This document shows, piece after piece, positions 39,175-45,774 of a DNA stretch of 45,774 nucleotides. A program made the translations under genes and the position numbers. The DNA comes from Fibrobacteria bacterium. Its GTDB lineage: Bacteria; Fibrobacterota; Chitinivibrionia; Chitinivibrionales; FEN-1185. Each line of letters begins with the position of its first letter. Positions within the stretch are counted from its first letter, which is position 1. The notes under the pieces are model-generated. The model was given only the letters and a program-made list of their open reading frames with translations, was not told the origin of the DNA and made no database searches. The DNA lies in assembly GCA_037447435.1 (NCBI GenBank), contig JBBIGR010000042.1:1-45774 (forward strand). The letters are read 5' to 3'.

Positions 39175-42100
39175 TGAACGGGAACAAGACCTCTCATACC
39201 GCCGGATTTTCTGCTCCGACAGCCGATGCGCAGCAAGAAATCTGGATTTCCAGTACATTGGATGAAAAAGCTTCGTGTTCATACAATATATCCTGCACCA
39301 TTTTCCTTAAAGGTCCGTATCGGATAAATACGCTTATCCGTGCTATTCATCAAGCAACTGGCAACCATGATGCTCTATGGGCGAAATTCAGCAACCACGG
39401 CGATTATATGATTAGTCAAGAATCAAGGCCGCATGAAATCCCGATACTTGATATAAGCGCCTTATCCGCCGAAAAGCATGCAATAAAACTGAACGAGTTA
39501 CTGTCTCACGAAATTTCCTATCCATTTATTTTAGACAAAGGACCGCTTTGGCGGGCAACGGTTGTTATTATTTCCTCGCAAGAATGTCGAGTTCTTTTTA
39601 CTGTCCATCAAATTATTTGCGACAGATGGTCCTTAAACGAACTTGCAAGAGACATCGGAAATTGCTATTCCTCAATCATAAAGGAGACGGCAGCACCTTT
39701 TTCAATTGGCGGTTCATTTTTTTCCTATTTACTAGACATACGTGAACACACCAAAGAAACTCAGGATTTTTGGGTTGGCCAATTCCAGGGTCAATTGCCC
39801 GTACTCGATTTGCCGCTTGATATCCCTCGACCTTTTCGGCGATCGTATAATGGGTCTACTGAAATCCGCATGTTCGACAAAAACCTTGTCAACAGTATTA
39901 AAAAGCAAGCTTCGTTCCTCGGGACGGACTGGTTTACCCTTATTCTTGGGGCTTTTGTCGTTTTCCTTAAAAAACTTTCGGGAGAATCCGACCTTGTAAT
40001 AGGAATACCTGCTGCAGGTAAAAAAAGTCTAGACCACCCCTTGGTCTTCGGTCAATGTGAAAACTTACTGCCGTTCCGTGTTTTCGTCGATCCGAACGTT
40101 TCGTTTGCGGCATTGATCCAATCCGTAAATAGAAGGCTCAAACTTTCCTTTGAAAACAATGGGGTCTCATTAAGCTCGATTTTTAAGCTACTGCGTGTAC
40201 AAAGAGATCCAAGCCGAGCACCGTTGGTCTCGGTTGGATTTTGCGCTATCGAAGATTTGAAGTCCGAGGACCTTGGATTTTTCAACCTTGAATCATCCTT
40301 TGCCCTTAATAAAAAGAAATACGAAACCTTTGAGCTTAATGTGACTGCGGAATTGCAGCAGAACGGTATAAAATTGGTATGGAACTATAATTCCGATTTG
40401 TTTACCGCCGGGTCCGTATCACGGTGGGCAAACGAGTACGAAGTCCTTTTGCGTTCGGCGGTAAAAGATGCATCTTGCTTATTACGCAACCTTCCAATCC
40501 TTCCGCCGATTGAAAAAGAACTTGTTTTACATCAATGGAACGACACATTACGGCTTTACCCTGCCGACAATACCGTTGTCGATTTATTTCAAAAGTGTGT
40601 GAATTTGTTCTCAGGGTCTATTGCGGTCGAATGCAATGGACGGCAATTAACATATCGAGAACTCGATAATAATTCCTCAAGTTTCGCAAAATATCTTTCC
40701 GATAACGGTGTCGGCGAAGGTTCAACTCTCGCCATTTGCATTGACCGATCGGTCAATATGCTCGTTGCGCTTTTGGGGGTTCTTAAAAGCGGTGCGGCAT
40801 ACGTTCCGGTTGATCCGATGTTTCCCCGGTCAAGGATCTCTCATATTATTTCCGACAGTAACGCCAGTTATCTTATAACGCAATCAGACCTTCCCATAGA
40901 TATCGGGCCTTGCGGAATTCCTATTGTTTTTATTGACGAAATTGTGTTTACGGAGACACTGTTTTCAAGTAGGGCCAAACAAAACAGCCTCGCCTATATT
41001 ATTTACACATCCGGATCGACTGGAAAGCCGAAAGGCGTTGAAATTTGTCATAAATCCCTAACGAATTTCCTTTTTTCGATGCAGGAGAAACCGGGATTAT
41101 CTCCTCATGATACGGTTCTTTCCGTAACGACGATATCGTTCGATATTGTTGGTTTGGAGTTACTATTGCCCCTGACCATCGGTGCTAAGGTGGTTATTGC
41201 AGAAAGCGACATTGTTGCAGACGGCTCTTCCCTTGCAAGCAAAATAACATCCCTTCGCCCGGCATTGATGCAGGCCACGCCTTCGACCTGGACAATGTTG
41301 CTGGAAGCAGGTTGGCGCGGTTCAAAAGATCTTACAATTCTCTGCGGAGGTGAAGCGCTTTCCAGACATCTGGCCGACCGCCTTTTGGAAACCCAAGCCA
41401 CTGTGTGGAATATGTATGGCCCCACCGAGACAACGATTTGGTCATCTATGCTTCGTGTTCAACCGGGCGTTACGGCTCCTTCAGTCGGCTATCCGATAGC
41501 AAACACGCACATGTATATTCTTGACGAGACCCTTCAGCCTGTTCCAATCGGTGTTGATGGAGAACTTTGCATCGCCGGTTTTGGCTTGGCAAAAGGCTAC
41601 CATAATTGCCCGGAATTAACATTTGATAAATTTCTCCCAAATCCCTTTGCAGATATTCAGGAGAAATTCGGATATTCGAAAATTTTTAAAACCGGAGATA
41701 TTGCCCGACGTTTGGCCGATGGGTCAATCGTGATTGCCGGCAGGAAAGACAATCAGGTCAAGATTCGCGGTTTCCGAATTGAATTAGGCGAAATCGAATC
41801 AACGCTTTTAGCAATGGCGGAAATCCTCGAATGCGTTGTTGTTGATCAGGTTGATTCAAACGGTGCGAAAAATCTTATCGCATACATCGTATACAGAAAT
41901 GGTAAAAATCTTCCCGTAGACGTCCTTCAATCATATCTCCGCGGCTTGTTGCCTGGCTATATGATTCCATCGCAATTCATTACGCTTTTATCAATTCCGC
42001 GACTTCCAAACAATAAGGTAAATCGCTCTGCGCTCGCCTTTAAAGAACCGACGTCAAGGCCATTATTCGTTCCGCCAAACAACGACATTGAAAAAGCTTT

Positions 42101-42380
42101 ATCGTCTATATGGGGCGATGTCCTGGGAAACGACAATTTCGGAGTTCTTGACAATTTTTTTGATCTGGGCGGTCATTCTATGGCAATGGTAAAAGTTTTG
42201 TCAAAAATTCAAGATACAATTAAGATCACTATTGAATTATCCGAATTATTTGACTTCCCGACTATCCGCGAATTCGCACAGTATTTACAAAAAAAGAAAT
42301 ACGGTACTCTTCTTTTCAGTTCAATCGTTGATCGAGCTAAAAACCAAAAAAAAGCTTTTTACCGGCATAGGAGTTCGTAA
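39171..42380 (+). CDS. NRPS module C*-A-T, predicted glycine-activating
   Basis: YTSGSTGKPKG, YGPTETT, KTGD, KIRGFRIELGEIE, PNNKV, GGHS; code read by eye DILQLGMIWK; C motif HQIICDR. Confidence 0.92.
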   Translation: MMNGNKTSHTAGFSAPTADAQQEIWISSTLDEKASCSYNISCTIFLKGPYRINTLIRAIHQATGNHDALWAKFSNHGDYMISQESRPHEIPILDISALSAEKHAIKLNELLSHEISYPFILDKGPLWRATVVIISSQECRVLFTVHQIICDRWSLNELARDIGNCYSSIIKETAAPFSIGGSFFSYLLDIREHTKETQDFWVGQFQGQLPVLDLPLDIPRPFRRSYNGSTEIRMFDKNLVNSIKKQASFLGTDWFTLILGAFVVFLKKLSGESDLVIGIPAAGKKSLDHPLVFGQCENLLPFRVFVDPNVSFAALIQSVNRRLKLSFENNGVSLSSIFKLLRVQRDPSRAPLVSVGFCAIEDLKSEDLGFFNLESSFALNKKKYETFELNVTAELQQNGIKLVWNYNSDLFTAGSVSRWANEYEVLLRSAVKDASCLLRNLPILPPIEKELVLHQWNDTLRLYPADNTVVDLFQKCVNLFSGSIAVECNGRQLTYRELDNNSSSFAKYLSDNGVGEGSTLAICIDRSVNMLVALLGVLKSGAAYVPVDPMFPRSRISHIISDSNASYLITQSDLPIDIGPCGIPIVFIDEIVFTETLFSSRAKQNSLAYIIYTSGSTGKPKGVEICHKSLTNFLFSMQEKPGLSPHDTVLSVTTISFDIVGLELLLPLTIGAKVVIAESDIVADGSSLASKITSLRPALMQATPSTWTMLLEAGWRGSKDLTILCGGEALSRHLADRLLETQATVWNMYGPTETTIWSSMLRVQPGVTAPSVGYPIANTHMYILDETLQPVPIGVDGELCIAGFGLAKGYHNCPELTFDKFLPNPFADIQEKFGYSKIFKTGDIARRLADGSIVIAGRKDNQVKIRGFRIELGEIESTLLAMAEILECVVVDQVDSNGAKNLIAYIVYRNGKNLPVDVLQSYLRGLLPGYMIPSQFITLLSIPRLPNNKVNRSALAFKEPTSRPLFVPPNNDIEKALSSIWGDVLGNDNFGVLDNFFDLGGHSMAMVKVLSKIQDTIKITIELSELFDFPTIREFAQYLQKKKYGTLLFSSIVDRAKNQKKAFYRHRSS

Positions 42381-42382
42381 CC

Positions 42383-45300
42383 ATGACCAATCAAACGCCT
42401 ATCAATTCTCCTCAATTGGCACGGTCCCTTGCCCAATCGAACACGCTCGTTCCGACAACCGAGCAACAACGCGATATTTGGTCTTCGATCGCTTCAGGGC
42501 GTATTGAGCCGTGTTGCTTTAACCGTTGCCTTTTAATGTCGTTTTCAAACAAAAACATTTTAACCCCGGATACGCTCCGCAAAGCTGTCGGCAATCTGAT
42601 ACTCCGCCACGATGCGTTACGCTTGGTATTTGTTAACAATGGAATGGATATGGACATTTGTGAACCGGGAGCGACGGATTTCTCTAAACTTTCGGGGTTT
42701 TCTGCAGAAACGGTATCGATTCAGGAAGCCGTTCGCCAAGAATCGACGACACCATTCGACATTGAAAACGGACCACTTTGGCGTTGCAGGATCATTACTG
42801 CCGATGCGACGTCGCAGCAAGTATTGCTTTTCACGGCACATGCGCTTATTTGCGACGAATGGTCCTTATATGTTGTTCAGCGAGACCTGATCACTTTTTT
42901 CGACTCGCCGCCTTCCGAAAGTACAATAGATTCGTCAATCGCAAGCAAGTTCAGCGATTTTGCAAAAGACCTATCCCTTCATGTGCAATCTTCGGAATTT
43001 CGGATTGATGAGGCCTTTTGGCATTCTCGATTTCCTACGGGGATTCCGGCTGCCGATATTCCGTTTGATTATCCACGCCCCTCGAAAGGATCATTTACTG
43101 TTGCAACTAAAGTACGCATCATCGATTCCGCGCTAACATCACAAATAAATGCCTATTCTGTCGCATCCGGTCTCGGCACATATGCCGTTGCCTTAACAGC
43201 TTATTTTATTTTGCTTCGTCGATTAAGCGGTTCTGCCGATATTACGATTGGCGTTCCTTTTGCCGGGCAACTTCACGCCGACAAATTGGATTTAATTGGG
43301 CATTGCGTCGATGTATTGCCGCTATTACAGTCTGTTTCACCTGCTGAGACATTTGAGTCGATCACGCAAGCGGTTCAAGACATTTTTCTTGATACAATAG
43401 ATCACCGAACATTTCCTTTGGGTAGACTTATCAAGAAATTGAATCTTGACAATAGTCCCGGTCATCAGCCTGTTTTGCCTCATTTTTTTTCATACAAGGC
43501 CACACCGGATGATACAATTACTAATCTAGTTGCGCATTGTGAATTAATCCCCTCTTGCTACGATACCGTTGATTTGAATTTTGCCGTCAAAGAAGCTTCC
43601 GGCTCACTTGAGGTTAGTTGCGCGTATAACACCCAATTGTTTGGGCCACAGACGATTGAGCGTTATCTCGGCTTTTTCGAGTCAATACTTCGAGCAGCGA
43701 TCGCTAACCCCGCAATCCCGGTCGGCCGAATTCCCCTTATGGAGCAAAAAGAGCAGAAAAAAGTATTGGTCGATTGGAATGCGACCAGAACCGATTTGCC
43801 TTATGAAACGACACTGCATAGTCTTATTAATAAGCAAGTTTTAAAATCTCCTGCCGCGTGCGCCGTATTGTACGAAAAGCAAAGTCTTTCCTACAAAGAG
43901 CTCGATGATTGGTCGAACTCCATAGCCTGCATTATTTGCAAGCACGGCATTTCGAAAAATGCGATTGTCGCTATTTGTGCATACCGTTCGCTTGAAATGA
44001 TGGCCGGCCTATTAGGAATCCTTAAGGCCGGTGCCGCATATTTGCCTTTGGATTCGGAAAACCCTCAGGCAAGAATCGATTTCATTTTGAAAGATTCTTC
44101 TTCTCGGGTGTTGCTTGTCCAACGCGATCTTTTCAGGAGGTTTTCGCTCCCGCAGTCGACAACACCTATCATTCTCGAAGACACGCGCAATGTCGAAAAC
44201 GGTAACGACCCGGCTATGTACCCATTGTTTCAAGCGACGCCCGACGATATTGCATATGTCATATACACCTCAGGTTCAACGGGAGACCCTAAGGGCGTCA
44301 TGGTACCGCATCGCGGTATTTGCAACCGACTTTTATGGATGCAAAAGGAATTTGAATTGACTTGCCAGGACAAGGTTCTCCAAAAAACGCCATACACCTT
44401 CGACGTCTCGGTATGGGAATTTTTCTGGCCCTTGATCGCAGGGGGCACGATTGTGTTCGCAAAACCGGACGGCCATAAGGATCCCGATTATATCGCCACT
44501 ATTATTCGCGCCGTTGGAATAACGATAATCCATTTTGTTCCCTCTATGCTTGCCGTATTTGTTGAAGCGCCAGATGCACCCAGGTGCGCTAGTTTACGAT
44601 ATATAATTTGCAGCGGGGAAGCTTTGACCGGAGCACATCGGGACAGGGTCTTTTCGCGGATGCCATCCTCGGTCCGATTATATAACCTTTATGGACCCAC
44701 GGAGGCTTCGGTGGATGTTTCTTATTGGGAATGCACACGGGCAAATACCTCTCCTATCGTCCCTATCGGCAGACCGATCGCCAACACGTGCCTGTTTGTA
44801 CTTGACGAATTCGATCAGCCTGTCCCCATCGGGGTCAGGGGCGAGCTCTTTATCGGCGGCATTGGCCTTGCCCGAGGATATCTTAATAAACCAGGGTTAA
44901 CGCAAAAAAGCTTTGTTTCCAGCCCCTTTCCCTGTCAGATTCCGGGGACCGACAACAAACTGTACCGTACCGGCGATCTGGCCCGATGGCTTGACAATGG
45001 AACAATAGAATTTCTTGGACGGTTGGATTTCCAGGTAAAAATACGGGGGTTCAGGATTGAACTCGGCGAAATCGAAGGTCGCATCGACCGGATCGAGGGC
45101 GTCATAGAATCGGCAGTCAAATGTTTTACAGACGATACAAACGACAAATTGCTTGTTGCATTCGTCGTTGCAAAAAAATCTCTCGCCCCTGATACGCATA
45201 CGATCCGTGAAAAATTGCGCAGCGATTTGCCCTATTATATGATACCTTCTCAAATTGTTTTCTTAGACTCTCTGCCGCATTCTTCCTCGGGAAAAATCGA

Positions 45301-45673
45301 CCGAAAGTTATTGAGTTTTGACAAAAAAAAGCAAGAGCATCATCAGCGGTCCATAATTCCGCCTCGAAACGAGACCGACCGGATATTGGCCGAAATTTGG
45401 ACAAAAGAACTTAAATGTTCCTCAATATCAATTTCTGAAAATTTTTTTGATCTTGGCGGTCACTCCTTACTCCTTGTTAAAATCAACACTGCGATAAACG
45501 AGCGGCTCGATCTTTCGCTCCCCCTCATCTCGCTGTTTGAGCATCCGACCATAGCCTCATTATCGGACCATATAACCCAAACCACCCTAGAAACTTCCCC
45601 GCAGGAAACCGTCCGCAACCGCGCGCTTCTGCAGCGCGAGGCCTTAAAGAAAAGAAAAATGAAAATCGAATAA
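42383..45673 (+). CDS. NRPS module C*-A-T, predicted serine-activating
   Basis: YTSGSTGDPKG, YGPTEA, YRTGD, SSGKID, GGHS; code read by eye DVWHISLVDK; C motif HALICDE. Confidence 0.92.
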   Translation: MTNQTPINSPQLARSLAQSNTLVPTTEQQRDIWSSIASGRIEPCCFNRCLLMSFSNKNILTPDTLRKAVGNLILRHDALRLVFVNNGMDMDICEPGATDFSKLSGFSAETVSIQEAVRQESTTPFDIENGPLWRCRIITADATSQQVLLFTAHALICDEWSLYVVQRDLITFFDSPPSESTIDSSIASKFSDFAKDLSLHVQSSEFRIDEAFWHSRFPTGIPAADIPFDYPRPSKGSFTVATKVRIIDSALTSQINAYSVASGLGTYAVALTAYFILLRRLSGSADITIGVPFAGQLHADKLDLIGHCVDVLPLLQSVSPAETFESITQAVQDIFLDTIDHRTFPLGRLIKKLNLDNSPGHQPVLPHFFSYKATPDDTITNLVAHCELIPSCYDTVDLNFAVKEASGSLEVSCAYNTQLFGPQTIERYLGFFESILRAAIANPAIPVGRIPLMEQKEQKKVLVDWNATRTDLPYETTLHSLINKQVLKSPAACAVLYEKQSLSYKELDDWSNSIACIICKHGISKNAIVAICAYRSLEMMAGLLGILKAGAAYLPLDSENPQARIDFILKDSSSRVLLVQRDLFRRFSLPQSTTPIILEDTRNVENGNDPAMYPLFQATPDDIAYVIYTSGSTGDPKGVMVPHRGICNRLLWMQKEFELTCQDKVLQKTPYTFDVSVWEFFWPLIAGGTIVFAKPDGHKDPDYIATIIRAVGITIIHFVPSMLAVFVEAPDAPRCASLRYIICSGEALTGAHRDRVFSRMPSSVRLYNLYGPTEASVDVSYWECTRANTSPIVPIGRPIANTCLFVLDEFDQPVPIGVRGELFIGGIGLARGYLNKPGLTQKSFVSSPFPCQIPGTDNKLYRTGDLARWLDNGTIEFLGRLDFQVKIRGFRIELGEIEGRIDRIEGVIESAVKCFTDDTNDKLLVAFVVAKKSLAPDTHTIREKLRSDLPYYMIPSQIVFLDSLPHSSSGKIDRKLLSFDKKKQEHHQRSIIPPRNETDRILAEIWTKELKCSSISISENFFDLGGHSLLLVKINTAINERLDLSLPLISLFEHPTIASLSDHITQTTLETSPQETVRNRALLQREALKKRKMKIE

Positions 45674-45774
45674 ACCAAACGGTTTGCACGCGACTATTTA
45701 TTAGCAATGACAATGATACTAGGGGCATCGCGCGTTTCTGTGGGTAGCCCCAATATGTTGTGTTTAGAGTTATA

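Noticed and set aside
45643..45774. Open minus-strand frame entering from the right edge
   Set aside because: About 43 codons with no recognisable motif; may be the end of a convergent gene but cannot be supported
1..45774. CRISPR arrays, IS elements, rRNA, selD
   Set aside because: No spaced direct repeats, transposase, rRNA or SelD motifs seen; selD may lie elsewhere in the genome

Overview
Bacterial chromosomal segment, probably Fibrobacterota/Chitinivibrionia-like (inferred from T9SS-type C-terminal domains and a GYFPxKYNPD outer-membrane protein family; not verifiable here). Four blocks. (1) 1-3022 and 11196-21717: cell-envelope glycosylation genes (GT2, UPF0104 flippase-like, two GT4, YfhO GT-C, GtrA, PAP2) mixed with an LRR lipoprotein, a DUF3108-like protein, a secreted GH105-like enzyme and a Ski2/HelY-like helicase. 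(2) 3142-10920: a PUL-like operon without SusC/SusD: stand-alone T9SS-CTD protein, GH3, two paralogous predicted beta-barrel proteins and a FucP/GluP permease. (3) 21702-28304 (-): an apparently continuous unit Sfp-type PPTase, FemAB-like, DegT-like, tRNA-Sec, selA, selB. The tRNA-Sec has a short 12-bp (7/5) acceptor/T branch with A1:U72, and its 5' end lies inside the upstream stop codon. (4) 28537-45673 (+): wzc, STAS protein, wza-like, methyltransferase-like, asnB-like, ACP, a Cys-rich PP-loop (AANH) enzyme and three NRPS genes (C-T; C*-A[Gly]-T; C*-A[Ser]-T) with no thioesterase. The best candidate for a new system is this carrier-protein/NRPS machinery embedded in a polysaccharide-export locus and physically tied to the selenocysteine genes. 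No CRISPR array, rRNA, transposase or integrase was seen. All family calls come from motifs read by eye; no searches were run.
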